Assembly (NCBI GenBank): GCA_040756875.1
Contig: JBFLYH010000001.1
Span: forward strand, 96,001-160,000
DNA length: 64,000 nucleotides
Direction: 5' to 3'
DNA from: a candidate division FCPU426 bacterium
GTDB lineage: Bacteria > Oederibacteriota > JAAXVQ01 > JAUVAV01
Shown here: one piece after another, positions 26,929 to 37,293 of the stretch
Numbering within the stretch: position 1 is the first letter of the stretch
Layout: the number at the start of each line of letters is the position of its first letter
Translations under genes and position numbers: made by a program
The notes under the pieces: model-generated
What the model was told of the DNA's origin: nothing
What the model saw: the letters and a program-made list of their open reading frames with translations, nothing else
Database searches by the model: none

Positions 26929-28356
26929 TTGTTTCGCGAGGCTGCCATCAACCCTGCTAGCCCTGTCAACTCCAAATCCGAACAGTCCGTCCGGCGCGCG
27001 GCCCTGACCATCGCGGTGTTGGGCGGCTTTTTGACGCCTTTCATGGGTTCGGCCGTGAACATCGCCCTGCCGTCCATCGGCCGCGAATTTTCCCTGCACG
27101 CCGTGGGCCTGGGCTGGGTGGCCACGGCCTATCTGCTGACCGCGGCCACGTTCCTGCTGCCTTTCGGCCGGCTGGCGGACATCATCGGACGGAAAAAAAT
27201 CTACGCCTGGGGCCTGGCGCTCTATACCCTGGCTTCGCTGTTGTGCGGGCTGGCGCCTGCGGCCCCCCTGCTGATCGGCTTCCGCGCGCTGCAGGGGCTG
27301 GGCGGGGCCATGATATTCGGCACGGCCGTGGCCATCCTCTCCTCGGTGTTTCCCGCGCAGGAGCGGGGCCGGGTGCTGGGGATCAGCGTGGCCTCCACTT
27401 ACCTGGGCCTGTCCGTGGGGCCGGTGGCCGGCGGCCTGCTGACCCAATTCTTGGGCTGGCGCTCCATTTTTTACGCCAACGTGCCCATCGGCCTGCTGGT
27501 GTTGTTGCTGCTGGTATGGAAGCTGAAAGGAGAGTGGGCCGAAGCCAGGGGCGAACGCTTCGATTTGTCCGGCTCCGTGCTTTATGGCCTGGCTTTGATC
27601 GCCCTGATCTACGGTTTTTCCCGCCTCCCCGGCTGGCTGGGCGCTGCCTGCCTGCTGGCCGCGGGTTTCGGATTTTGGGCTTTCGTGCGCTGGGAGCGGG
27701 CCACGCCCCAGCCGGTCCTGCACCTGGACCTTTTCCGCAACCGGGTGTTCGCGTTTTCCTCCCTGGCCGCTTTAATCAATTACAGCGCCACTTTTGCCGT
27801 GGGCTTTCTGCTCAGCCTCTATCTGCAATATATTAAAGGACTGCCGCCGCAAACCGCGGGCCTGGTCCTGATCGTGCAGCCGGTTTTCATGGCCGTGTTT
27901 TCACCCCTGGCCGGCCGGCTGTCCGACCGGATCGAGGCCAGGTTGGTGGCTTCCCTGGGCATGGCGTTCACGGCCGCGGGCATGCTGCTGCTTCTGCTGC
28001 TGGGGCAGGGGACTCCCTTGTGGTTCGTCCTGGTCAGCCTGGTGTTCATGGGTTTCGGCTTCGCCCTGTTCTCCTCGCCCAACACCAACGCGGTCATGGG
28101 CTCCCTGGAGCGGCGGTTTTACGGCGTGGGCTCGGCCACCCTGGGCACCATGCGCCTGACCGGCCAGATGTTCAGCCTGGCGATCACCATGCTGGTCATG
28201 GCCCTGTATTTCGGCGACGCGCCGATCACGGCCGAGTCGCACGGCTTGTTTCTGGCGAGCATGCGCGCGGCCTTTGCCGTGTTCTCGGCCCTGTGCGCGG
28301 CCGGGGTGCTGGCGTCGCTGGCCCGGGGTTCGAACAGCGCCGGTAAACAGACATGA
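26929..28356 (+). CDS. MFS transporter, DHA2/EmrB-QacA (14-TMS) type
   Basis: VNIALP, GRLADIIGRK, RALQG.G and FSSPN motifs; start uncertain. Confidence 0.9.
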   Translation: MFREAAINPASPVNSKSEQSVRRAALTIAVLGGFLTPFMGSAVNIALPSIGREFSLHAVGLGWVATAYLLTAATFLLPFGRLADIIGRKKIYAWGLALYTLASLLCGLAPAAPLLIGFRALQGLGGAMIFGTAVAILSSVFPAQERGRVLGISVASTYLGLSVGPVAGGLLTQFLGWRSIFYANVPIGLLVLLLLVWKLKGEWAEARGERFDLSGSVLYGLALIALIYGFSRLPGWLGAACLLAAGFGFWAFVRWERATPQPVLHLDLFRNRVFAFSSLAALINYSATFAVGFLLSLYLQYIKGLPPQTAGLVLIVQPVFMAVFSPLAGRLSDRIEARLVASLGMAFTAAGMLLLLLLGQGTPLWFVLVSLVFMGFGFALFSSPNTNAVMGSLERRFYGVGSATLGTMRLTGQMFSLAITMLVMALYFGDAPITAESHGLFLASMRAAFAVFSALCAAGVLASLARGSNSAGKQT

Positions 28357-29609
28357 CCGTTCCGGCCGCGCCCCGCCGCGCTCTCCCGATTTTATTATTC
28401 ACAGTTTTCATCGATATTATGGGGTTCGGCATCATGATCCCCATCATTCCGATTTTACTGGCCGACCCCAAATCCCCGTTTTTCCTGCTGCCGCCGGGCA
28501 TGACCGTAAGGCAGGGTTATATGTTGCTGGGATGCCTGGCTGCCAGCTTCGCCTTCATGCAATTTTTAGCCGCGCCGGTTTTCGGGCAGCTTTCCGACCG
28601 CTACGGGCGCAAGAAAATTTTGGCCATCACCCGCGCCGGTACCAGCGTTTCGTATTTCCTCTTCGCCCTGGGCATTGTCTGGAAAAACCTCCCGTTGCTG
28701 TTCGCCGCCAGGGCGCTGGATGGCGCCACCGGCGGCGTGGTCGCCGTGGCCCAGGCCGCGATCGCCGATCTGACCGACCCGGGCAAGCGCGTGCGGCGTT
28801 TTGCCCTATTGTCCGCGGCTTTTGGCCTGGGATTCATCGGCGGTCCGCTGCTGGGAGGCAAGCTTTCCGATCCCAGCCTGGTTCCGTGGTTCAATGCCAC
28901 TACGCCTTTCTGGGTGGCCGGCCTGCTGGCTTTGGCCAACACGCTGTTCATCAGCCTGTTTTTGCCGGAAACCTTGGCGGCTCCGGCGGCAGCGCGCGGG
29001 GCGATCCGCTGGGACCAGTCCTGGCGGAACGTGCTGCAGGCTTTTTCCCATCCTTCCCTGGGCGTTCTGTTTCTGACCGCGTTCCTGTATCACGCGGGTT
29101 TTTCCTTTTACGCTTCGTTTGCCAGCGTGTTTATGATCAACCGTTTCGGATTCAACCAAGGGCATATCGGCGATTACTTCGCTTTTCTGGGCGGAGTCGG
29201 ACTTCTGACCCAATTGGTTGTCGTGCGCCGGTTGGCCCTGGTGTGGCCGCCGCAGCGGATTCTGCGCGTTATGTTCTGGCTGGCCGGGGCTTTCATGTTT
29301 CTGGCCAGTCTGGCGGCGGTATGGTGGATTTTTGTCGGCATCATGTTCTTGTTCGCGGTCAGCAGCAACCTGATTCAAACCAACAGCACGGGCCTCATCA
29401 GTTCCAGCGCCGGCGGTGCGGTGCAGGGCGAAGTGATGGGCATCTCCTCAAGCCTGGCGTCTCTGGCCATGGGCATCACGCCCCTGTTGTCCGGCTTTTT
29501 GGCGGCGGGCGTTTCTCCGGAGGCGCCCTTGCGTGTGGCGGCGGTTTTGATGTTCGGCGCGGCCTTGATTTTTGCGCGGAAGTTTGGCATCGCTTCCAAC
29601 CCGGGGTGA
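28353..29609 (+). CDS. MFS transporter, DHA1/TetA-like
   Basis: GFGI.IP..P, GQLSDRYGRK, R.LDG.TGG and FGLGFI.GP.LGG motifs. Confidence 0.9.
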   Translation: MTVPAAPRRALPILLFTVFIDIMGFGIMIPIIPILLADPKSPFFLLPPGMTVRQGYMLLGCLAASFAFMQFLAAPVFGQLSDRYGRKKILAITRAGTSVSYFLFALGIVWKNLPLLFAARALDGATGGVVAVAQAAIADLTDPGKRVRRFALLSAAFGLGFIGGPLLGGKLSDPSLVPWFNATTPFWVAGLLALANTLFISLFLPETLAAPAAARGAIRWDQSWRNVLQAFSHPSLGVLFLTAFLYHAGFSFYASFASVFMINRFGFNQGHIGDYFAFLGGVGLLTQLVVVRRLALVWPPQRILRVMFWLAGAFMFLASLAAVWWIFVGIMFLFAVSSNLIQTNSTGLISSSAGGAVQGEVMGISSSLASLAMGITPLLSGFLAAGVSPEAPLRVAAVLMFGAALIFARKFGIASNPG

Positions 29610-29723
29610 AGCGTTTCCACCAGGCCGGTTGCCAAAAAAGCCCCAAAAGACCTGCCCAGACAGACTGGGTCCTGGTACAATAACCACTCGACCGGCAGTT
29701 CATCCCCACAGGGGGCTTCGCGC

Positions 29724-30281
29724 ATGTCCAACCTCAAAGGCACGGATATCCTCAGCATCCTGAAACTGGTAAAAAAAGCGGGCGACAGCTTTGAACGCGA
29801 TCTCCTGCAGTCCCTGTCCGAGGAGGCCCGCCGGCTCGCCACCACGGTGATCCCGGTTTCCTGGGTGCCGGTCAGCCTGGCGAGCGAGCTCATGGACAAA
29901 GCCTCCAAACTGCTGTATCCGGCGGAAAAGCTGCCGGTGGCCAAACTGGCCGAGGAGTGCGCCTACGACCACTACCACGGCGTGTACCGCGTGCTGCTCT
30001 CGCTGCTGACCACGCCCGAAGGGCTGATGCGGCGCGGCGCCAAGCTGTGGCAGACCTTTTACGACCGGGGCGAGGGCCGGGTGGAGGAGCTGCCCCCTGC
30101 GGGCGACCGCAAGGTGACGGCGTTCGTGGTGACCAGCATCCCCGATTTGACGCCCGTGAACCGGGAATTCATCGGCCACTGGATCATGACCCTGGCCCGC
30201 ATGGCCGGCATGAAGGATGTGCAGTACCGGCACGACGGATCCAACCCGGACCGCTGGGTCTGGACCTACACCTGGAGATAG
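29724..30281 (+). CDS. DUF2378/TIGR02265-like protein, paralogue 5
   Basis: NLKG, PVSW.P, GVYRVLL, AKLW.TFYD.G motifs; ends YTWR. Confidence 0.65.
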   Translation: MSNLKGTDILSILKLVKKAGDSFERDLLQSLSEEARRLATTVIPVSWVPVSLASELMDKASKLLYPAEKLPVAKLAEECAYDHYHGVYRVLLSLLTTPEGLMRRGAKLWQTFYDRGEGRVEELPPAGDRKVTAFVVTSIPDLTPVNREFIGHWIMTLARMAGMKDVQYRHDGSNPDRWVWTYTWR

Positions 30282-30291
30282 GGGGCCTCCC

Positions 30292-32169
30292 GTGACGCCC
30301 AAAAGCCTGGCTGAAGTGGATTTTGCCGGATTGACGCAGGGCGCTTTTTTTCCTTCGCCCGCGGCCTGGGAAGACCAGGTGCTGTACTTCATGCTGGTGG
30401 ACCGGTTTTCCGACGGCCGGGAAAAAGATTACACGGACAACGACGGACGGCCCGTGACCCAGGGCCAGACGCCCCGCTTCGCGCCGGCTGACCGGGGCAA
30501 TGCCCTGGCCACGCCCCAGGAGCAACAGGCCTGGTTCGACGCCGGCGGAAAATTCGTCGGCGGCACGCTGTCCGGCTTGCGCGGCAAGCTGGGCTACCTG
30601 CAGCGCCTGGGCGCGACCGCCATCTGGATCAGCCCGGTGTTCAAGCAGGCGGCGTGGACCGATTCCTACCACGGCTACGGCATCCAGAACTTCCTCGACG
30701 TAGACCCCCATTTCGGCACGCGCGAACAGCTCCGGGAAGTCGTGGCCGAGGCCCACCGCCTGGGGATCTATGTGATTTTGGACATCATTCTCAACCATAC
30801 GGGCGACGTGTTCGAGTACGCGCCCGACCGTTACGAAGTCAGGGACGCGGAAGGCCGCCTGACGGGCTTTGATGCGCGCTGGGACGGGCGTCCTTACGCG
30901 GTGGCCGGATTCAAGGACGCCTCGGGCCAGGCCAGCCTGCCGTTCGGGCCCGTGGGGGCGCAGGCCTGGCCCGACGCAGCTGTATGGCCCGCGGAGTTCC
31001 AGGCGCCCGAGACTTTTTCGCGGCTGGGCCGGATTTCCAACTGGGACTATGACCCGGAATTCCGCGAGGGCGATTTCCTGAGCCTGAAGGACGTGCATCT
31101 GGGCCGGGGCGGCGCGGATGACTACCGGCCTTCGCCGGCCTTGCGGGCTTTGTGCGAAGTGTACAAGTATTGGGTCGCCTACGCGGACCTGGACGGGTTC
31201 CGCGTGGACACGGTCAAGCACATGGACGCCGGGGCGGCCCGCTTTTTCACCTCGGTCATCCACGAGTTCGCGCAGAGCCTGGGCAAGGAGAACTTCTACC
31301 TGGTGGGCGAGATCACCGGCGGCCGCCAGCGCGCCTTTGAAACCCTCGAGACCACGGGCTTGAACGCCGCCTTGGGCATCGACGACATTCCGGACAAGCT
31401 CGAATACCTGGTGAAAGGCTGGCGCAATCCGCAGGAATACTTCGACCTGTTCCGCAACTCGCTGCTGGTGCAGAAGGAATCGCACGTGTGGTTCCGCAAC
31501 CGCGTGGTCACGACGTTTGACGACCACGACCAGGTGCGCAAGGGCGGGAACAAGGCGCGCTTCTGCCACAACGAGGCGCCGGGGCAGGACAACGCCCGGC
31601 TCGTGTTGAACGCCCTGGCCCTGCTCGCCACCACGCTCGGCATTCCCTGCGTGTACTACGGCACGGAGCAGGGCTTCGACGGCCACGGGGACAACGACCG
31701 GTACTTGCGCGAAGCCATGTTCGGCGGCGCGTTCGGGCCCTTCGGCAGCCGCGGCCGCCACTGCTTCGACGAATCCCAGCCCGTGTATTGCGAGCTGGCC
31801 AAGATCCTTGCCTTGCGGCGGACTCATCTGGCCCTGCGCCGGGGGCGTCAGTACCTGCGCCCCGTTTCCGGCAATGGCGTGGATTTCGGGCTGCCCGTGC
31901 GCTGGGGCGAGGGGCCCATGCGTTCGCTGGTGGCCTGGTCGCGGATATTCAACGACCGGGAAATGCTGTGCGCGCTCAACACCGACCCGGCCGGCGAGCA
32001 GAGCGCCTGGGTCACCCTGGACGATTCGCTGCACGCGGCCGGCGAAAAGCTGAAGTGCCTCTATTCCACGGACCCCGGCCAGATCAACGGCCAGGCGGCC
32101 GTGGAAGCGCGCAACGGCAAGGCCGTGCGCCTGAAGCTGCCTGCGGCCGGGTTTGCGATCTGGGCCTAG
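30292..32169 (+). CDS. alpha-amylase family glycoside hydrolase (GH13)
   Basis: DRF.DG, YHGY, LDIILNH, DGFRVDTVKH, VGEI, DDHD and GIPC.YYGTEQ motifs. Confidence 0.92.
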   Translation: MTPKSLAEVDFAGLTQGAFFPSPAAWEDQVLYFMLVDRFSDGREKDYTDNDGRPVTQGQTPRFAPADRGNALATPQEQQAWFDAGGKFVGGTLSGLRGKLGYLQRLGATAIWISPVFKQAAWTDSYHGYGIQNFLDVDPHFGTREQLREVVAEAHRLGIYVILDIILNHTGDVFEYAPDRYEVRDAEGRLTGFDARWDGRPYAVAGFKDASGQASLPFGPVGAQAWPDAAVWPAEFQAPETFSRLGRISNWDYDPEFREGDFLSLKDVHLGRGGADDYRPSPALRALCEVYKYWVAYADLDGFRVDTVKHMDAGAARFFTSVIHEFAQSLGKENFYLVGEITGGRQRAFETLETTGLNAALGIDDIPDKLEYLVKGWRNPQEYFDLFRNSLLVQKESHVWFRNRVVTTFDDHDQVRKGGNKARFCHNEAPGQDNARLVLNALALLATTLGIPCVYYGTEQGFDGHGDNDRYLREAMFGGAFGPFGSRGRHCFDESQPVYCELAKILALRRTHLALRRGRQYLRPVSGNGVDFGLPVRWGEGPMRSLVAWSRIFNDREMLCALNTDPAGEQSAWVTLDDSLHAAGEKLKCLYSTDPGQINGQAAVEARNGKAVRLKLPAAGFAIWA

Positions 32170-32341
32170 CAGGCTGATGACTATAGTCGATTGCGTTGCA
32201 TGGAATACCCCATGAAAAATAAGAGATTTTTCATGGGGTAGCAGGTGCTGGCAGAACATATATGGTTTTTTTAGCACCCTGCTAGCCCAAGCGCGGGCGG
32301 TCTGATATACTGGAAAAAATTCCGACAGGGAGGGCAAGCGA

Positions 32342-32965
32342 GTGAAAAAAATATTGGTTGGCGCCATGGTGTTGGGCCTGGCTGCGGGCCAGGCCGGCTT
32401 TCTGCAAGCCGGACAGGCCAAGGGACCGATTCTGGCCCAGGACATCATGCAGTGCGCCCTGGCCGGCACGACCGTGGGCTTTTCCGCGGGCATGATCGCC
32501 TACGGTGACAGCGGCAACACCGAGCCCCGGACGATCCTTGTGGATTCCATTTACGGCTTCCTCGGCGGTGCGGTAATGGGCACGGGCCTGGGGGTCTATG
32601 AGATCACCAACAACGGCACGGGCGTGGGTTCGACCATCGGCGGGTATGTGGCGGCCGGGACGTTTATCGGGGCGTTCATGGGAATCATCTATTCCTTCAT
32701 CCCCTACGCGCTGGACGACGAGAACAACGATGCGAACAATTTCGCCGTGGGGTCCGTGGGCCTGGGACTCGGCGGCCTGATCGGCGGCGGCCTGGGGCTG
32801 GGCGTGGCGATTTTGGACCTGAGCCTGCGGGAACCCGGAGGCAAGCAGGACGACCTGCTGTTGTCAGGCACCGTGGGCCTCCAGCCCGAGACCCGCTGGC
32901 TGTCCGTGACCGGCGAACAGCCGCCGGCCATTTGCTGCCGGGTGCTGGAACTTCGCTACCGGTGA
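32342..32965 (+). CDS. Gly-rich secreted/membrane hypothetical protein
   Basis: Signal peptide followed by GxxxG-rich hydrophobic helices; GGAGG RBS before the GTG. Confidence 0.6.
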   Translation: MKKILVGAMVLGLAAGQAGFLQAGQAKGPILAQDIMQCALAGTTVGFSAGMIAYGDSGNTEPRTILVDSIYGFLGGAVMGTGLGVYEITNNGTGVGSTIGGYVAAGTFIGAFMGIIYSFIPYALDDENNDANNFAVGSVGLGLGGLIGGGLGLGVAILDLSLREPGGKQDDLLLSGTVGLQPETRWLSVTGEQPPAICCRVLELRYR

Positions 32966-32987
32966 GCGGGGAGAAGGGGGCAGAGAG

Positions 32988-33629
32988 ATGAAACGGATAC
33001 TGGGCCTTCTGGTTGCGGCCGCCCTCGCGGGCTGCGCGGCGACCGTGCTGGTAAAACTGCCGCCTGCGGTCGAACTGGGCCAATACGGCATCGTGGGCAT
33101 CGTCCAGTTCGAGGCCAGCGGCGGCGAAAACGAGGACCTCGGCCTCCTGACCACGCGACGGTTCATGCAGGCCGTGCAGGAAGCCCAGCCCGGGACCGCG
33201 TTCCTGGAGCTGGGGACCGAGCGGCAGGTGCTGGAGGCCATGAAGAGCGGCCAGTTCGACTTTGACACGGTCAAGGCAATCGGGGAGAAGTACAAGATCG
33301 GCGCGTTGGTGGTTGGCGGTCTGGACGTTTCACCCGTGAGGCCGAAGATTAAAGTGGCGCTGGATTTAAGCGCGCTCAACGCCCAGGCCCAGGTCAACGC
33401 GGCCTTGAATTCGCGCCTCTTCGACGCGTCTACCGGGGCGACGGTGTGGACCGGGTCGCGCTCCGGGACCTGGACCCTGGCCAGCATGCGGGCCGGGGAC
33501 CGGGGAGGAATCGGCGTGAACGTGAGCGATCCGGAGGGCAAGTACCGGGAAATGGTTGTGGATCTGGTCCGCGCCGTGACCAGGGATTTCAATCCGCGCT
33601 ACGAGCGCCGCAAGGCCGTGCAGGAATAA
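32988..33629 (+). CDS. lipoprotein (CsgG/TolB_N-like fold possible)
   Basis: LAGC lipobox; RLFDASTGATVW motif. Confidence 0.7.
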   Translation: MKRILGLLVAAALAGCAATVLVKLPPAVELGQYGIVGIVQFEASGGENEDLGLLTTRRFMQAVQEAQPGTAFLELGTERQVLEAMKSGQFDFDTVKAIGEKYKIGALVVGGLDVSPVRPKIKVALDLSALNAQAQVNAALNSRLFDASTGATVWTGSRSGTWTLASMRAGDRGGIGVNVSDPEGKYREMVVDLVRAVTRDFNPRYERRKAVQE

Positions 33630-33657
33630 TTCCGTCCGGCTTGGCGCCGGCGGCGCT

Positions 33658-34059
33658 TCATTTCGCGCTTTGATGCCACCAGGCCGCGGCAATCCCGCCG
33701 GCCGCGTTGGCCGCCAGCACGACCAGCGGCGCCAACTGGCCCCAGTTCAGCCCAAACATGCCGGCCGTGGTGTGCTGCGGAAAGACATAGATCAACTGCA
33801 CCAGGGTGGGAAACAGGGAAAGCACCAGGCCGCGCCAAACCGTGCGGGACTTGAGGATGGGCAGCCAGAGCAGGAAACCCCACAAACCGCCCCACACCAC
33901 CTTGCCAAATAGAAATGAAACGGTCAGCGCCGGCGCAATGGCCACGTGCAAGACGCGGGAAATGCCGAGCTGGCCCAAAGCCCACAGGGTCAGGCCGGCG
34001 GTCAGGCCGCCCAACGCGCCTGCGGCGAAAGATAAAGAAGTATTGCGGCTGAAGCTCAT
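33658..34059 (-). CDS. four-TM membrane protein
   Basis: AGGAGG RBS; FAAG.LGG, VWGGLWG and PTLVQL..VFP pattern. Confidence 0.7.
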   Translation of the reverse strand: MSFSRNTSLSFAAGALGGLTAGLTLWALGQLGISRVLHVAIAPALTVSFLFGKVVWGGLWGFLLWLPILKSRTVWRGLVLSLFPTLVQLIYVFPQHTTAGMFGLNWGQLAPLVVLAANAAGGIAAAWWHQSAK

Positions 34060-34191
34060 GGTAAAGACCTCCTGAAATGGGAAACCGTGGTTGCTCTCTT
34101 TGGCAGCGAGGGCTTTATTATAAAGCGCGGCCAACCGGGCGCCAAATACATTTCTCGTCCCGCCCAGGCGGGCCGGAAAAGGAGGCGGGAG

Positions 34192-34953
34192 ATGAAGACG
34201 AACCTCAAACGCTGTCCGTGGTTGATGTTGCTTTTCGCGCTGCTGGTCCCGGGTCAGGGCTGGGGCCGGTCCCTGGAAGGCAAGGTGGCTGTGTCCCTGC
34301 AGGGAGGCGGGAACTGGGTATGGATGCAGGACGTCAACCGGCTGATCTCGGACCGGCACTATGTCTTCATCGACAGCGAACCCAACGAAGCGCTGGCGCC
34401 GGTCGGTTCCGCTTTTTCCGGCGGTTTGGGAGCGTATTTTGGCCTGATGCGCGACTGGCTGGTGGGGTTTCAGGTCAATGCCATGCTCCCTTTCACCGAG
34501 ATCCGCATTGGATCCGCCCTGAACCCGGACCGGGTCTACACCGTGGACCTGGGCGCCCTGGAATACGGCATGGGCGCGAAATACGCCTGGCTGCATGATT
34601 CCTCTTGGCTCTTGACCGCGGGCGTGGAGTTCGTGTACCTGGTGCTCAACAACGCCGGCGAAGTCCGCAAAGTGAGGAACGCTCTGGGCCTGCCGGGCAG
34701 CATGACCGCCACGGACCGGATCGATTACCACGGCTCCACGCTGGGGTTCAAAGTCAGCGGCAGCGCGGACCTGTACCTGTGGGACTTTTGGAGCGTGGGC
34801 CTGCAATTGGGATACCGTTACGCCCGGATCGAACGGGTGAAGGGCATTGATTTGAACGGGAAGTCCTATACGCTGAAAAACCCCGGCGGCTCCGATTTTT
34901 CCCTGGATTATGGCGGGTTCTTCCTGGTCGCCGGCAGCACGGTCTGGTTTTGA
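34192..34953 (+). CDS. outer-membrane beta-barrel protein
   Basis: Signal peptide; alternating beta strands, GYRYA, C-terminal aromatic (VWF). Confidence 0.75.
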   Translation: MKTNLKRCPWLMLLFALLVPGQGWGRSLEGKVAVSLQGGGNWVWMQDVNRLISDRHYVFIDSEPNEALAPVGSAFSGGLGAYFGLMRDWLVGFQVNAMLPFTEIRIGSALNPDRVYTVDLGALEYGMGAKYAWLHDSSWLLTAGVEFVYLVLNNAGEVRKVRNALGLPGSMTATDRIDYHGSTLGFKVSGSADLYLWDFWSVGLQLGYRYARIERVKGIDLNGKSYTLKNPGGSDFSLDYGGFFLVAGSTVWF

Positions 34954-35066
34954 CCCCGGGCTCCGGGCGGTCGCAAAAAGACGGTGTCCAATGGATGGTA
35001 ATTATGGTATAAGAATACCTTAATTAAGGGCGCGCCGCGGGCAAGCGGCGCTGGAAAGGCTTGATC

Positions 35067-35303
35067 ATGACGTTGCTGGATTTAAAGTGCGGCGAGACCG
35101 TGAAAGTCAAGACCGTGGGCGGCGGCAAGGCCCTGTTGGAGCGCCTGCGCGGTTTCGGCGTTTTCGTGGGACGGAGGTTCCGGCTGGTCAAATGCGGGCC
35201 CTTTGCCGGACCCCTTCTGCTCGAGGACGCGGCCAACGGCGCGCGGGTGCTGCTGGGACGAGGCATGGCGGGGAAGGTTGAGGTCGAGCGTGAATCCCTT
35301 TGA
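35067..35303 (+). CDS. feoA: ferrous iron transport protein A
   Basis: L.DL..G, RL...G, GP...L, LGRGMA.K pattern; directly upstream of feoB. Confidence 0.88.
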   Translation: MTLLDLKCGETVKVKTVGGGKALLERLRGFGVFVGRRFRLVKCGPFAGPLLLEDAANGARVLLGRGMAGKVEVERESL

Positions 35304-37236
35304 ACCCGCCCGCGGCCGCGGCCACGAGCTTGTCATCGCCCTGGCCGGCCAGCCAAACTGCGGCAAGTCCACCATCTTCAACACGGTCGGCGGCTTCAAG
35401 GTCAACACCGCCAATTTCGCGGGCACGTCCGTGTCGTATGCCGAGACTACGGTTTGCTTCCACGGGCGCACCTTCCGCCTGATCGACCTGCCTGGCACGT
35501 ATTCGATTTCCTCCTTCGACCTGGCCGAAAAAGTCACGCGGGACTTTTTGCTCTCCGGGCAGGTGGACGTCATCATCAGCGTGGCCGACGCCTCGCTCCT
35601 GTCGCGGTCCCTGGAATTCACCCTGCAGCTCCAGGAAATGGGCGTGCCCATGGTGCTGGCGCTCAACATGATCGACGAAGCCCACCGCAAGGGCATGCAA
35701 TTTGACGTGGAGCGGTTCCGGGAACTGACCGGCGTGGCCGCGTTGGAAGTGACGGCGGTCCAGGGCAAGGGCATTCCGGAACTCTTCGCCGAGGCCATCC
35801 GCCTGGCCGAGGCGGACTACCGGCCCATCCTGCCCCAGTACGACCGCGATGTGGAGCAGTGCCTGGCGGGGATCCTGGGCCGGTATCCGGCCGCCCTGGC
35901 GACGCCGAACTTGAGCCCGCGGTTCGTGGCCATCCGGCTGCTGGAGATGGACGAACATTTCGGCCGCCTGGCCCGGGAGGCGGACCCGGCTTTCGCCGAT
36001 TTCGTCGACGATCAGCGCCGGCAGTTGGCTGAATTGCACGGCTGGCCCGAAGCCGGGGTGCTGGCCTCGCACCGGCATGCGGTCGTGCTCGACCTCTACG
36101 AACAAATCGCCACGCACCGCCGCGGCAGCAGCGAGGGCCTGCGCGAGCGCGTGGACGCGTTCATCACCTCTCCCCTGGGCGGCTTGGCCACCCTCGCGGT
36201 TTCGCTGCTGGCCATGTTCTATTCGGCGTTCTGGCTGGGCGACGTGATTTCCGGCTGGCTGGAGGGGCCGTTCGCCCGGCTGAGCGGAGCCATTCTCGCC
36301 CTCGGCGCCGGTCCGTTCGAATCTATCCTCATGGGTCTGGCGCAGGGCGTGGAAGCCGGGGCGGGCATTATTTTGCCCTATCTGATTCCGCTGCTGGTCC
36401 TGCTGGCCCTGTACGAGGACACGGGCTTCCTGCCGCGCCTGGCTTTCCTGCTGGACGGCCTGCTCCACCGCGTGGGCCTGCACGGCAAGTCCATCGTGCC
36501 GCTCATCATCGGCTACGGCTGCAACGTGCCCGCGATCATGGCCACCCGCAACCTGGACAATTGGCGCGACCGCATGATCGCCATGCTCGCCATCCCCTTC
36601 ATCACCTGTTCGGCCCGGACCGTGGTCATTTTGGCGCTGGCGGGGAAATACTTGGGCGCCGGCTGGACGGCCTTCATGTACCTGCTGGGCCTGGCCGGCG
36701 CCATGCTTCTGGCCTTCGCGCTGTCGCGGACCAAGGCCGGGTCCCTGCTCGGCGTGATCATGGACATGCCGCCCCTGCGCCGGCCGTACCCGGGCATCAT
36801 CGTCAAGAAAATCTGGCTGCGCCTGCGGGAATTCCTGGTGGTGGCCTGGCCGGTGATTGCAATCGCGAGCGTGGTTCTTTCGGTGCTGTCGTTTTATGGG
36901 TTTGACCGTTATGTCAACGCCGCCCTGGCCCCGCTCACCTCGGGCGTCATGCACCTGCCGGCTTCCACGGGCATCGCTCTGTTTTTGGGCGTTTTCAGGA
37001 AGGAACTGGCCTTGGCGATTCTCGGGACGGCTCTGGGAGGGGACATCGGCGCCGTGCTGTCGCACCAGCAAATCCTGGTGCTGGTGGTTTTTACCACCCT
37101 CTACATCCCCTGCCTGGCCACCCTGGCCGCGTTGTGGAAAGAGGGCGGATGGAAGACCTGCCTGGCTTCGGCGGCCCTGAATTTGCTGGCGGCCCTGGCC
37201 GTGGCCGGCCTGTTCGCGCGCCTGGCGCTGATTTGA
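35290..37236 (+). CDS. feoB: ferrous iron transport protein B
   Basis: GQPNCGKST, DLPG.YS and NMID GTPase motifs; G.GCNVPA, CSAR and LYIPCLAT. Confidence 0.95.
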   Translation: MNPFEPARGRGHELVIALAGQPNCGKSTIFNTVGGFKVNTANFAGTSVSYAETTVCFHGRTFRLIDLPGTYSISSFDLAEKVTRDFLLSGQVDVIISVADASLLSRSLEFTLQLQEMGVPMVLALNMIDEAHRKGMQFDVERFRELTGVAALEVTAVQGKGIPELFAEAIRLAEADYRPILPQYDRDVEQCLAGILGRYPAALATPNLSPRFVAIRLLEMDEHFGRLAREADPAFADFVDDQRRQLAELHGWPEAGVLASHRHAVVLDLYEQIATHRRGSSEGLRERVDAFITSPLGGLATLAVSLLAMFYSAFWLGDVISGWLEGPFARLSGAILALGAGPFESILMGLAQGVEAGAGIILPYLIPLLVLLALYEDTGFLPRLAFLLDGLLHRVGLHGKSIVPLIIGYGCNVPAIMATRNLDNWRDRMIAMLAIPFITCSARTVVILALAGKYLGAGWTAFMYLLGLAGAMLLAFALSRTKAGSLLGVIMDMPPLRRPYPGIIVKKIWLRLREFLVVAWPVIAIASVVLSVLSFYGFDRYVNAALAPLTSGVMHLPASTGIALFLGVFRKELALAILGTALGGDIGAVLSHQQILVLVVFTTLYIPCLATLAALWKEGGWKTCLASAALNLLAALAVAGLFARLALI

Positions 37237-37240
37237 AAAC

Positions 37241-37277
37241 AAAAAGCGCCGGGCGGAGAAGCTCCGCCCAGCGCCTT
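37241..37277. terminator. intrinsic terminator hairpin between convergent genes
   Basis: AAAAAGCGCCGGGCGGAG-AAG-CTCCGCCCAGCGC; U-tract on the minus strand. Confidence 0.7.
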
Positions 37278-37293
37278 GAGGAAGACCGCCGGT

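Noticed and set aside
30184-32493. 769-aa minus-strand ORF (also 35188..37242, 8525..10000, 62016..63272 and similar)
   Set aside because: Antisense shadows of well-supported genes, expected from high GC3 codon bias; no recognisable motifs.
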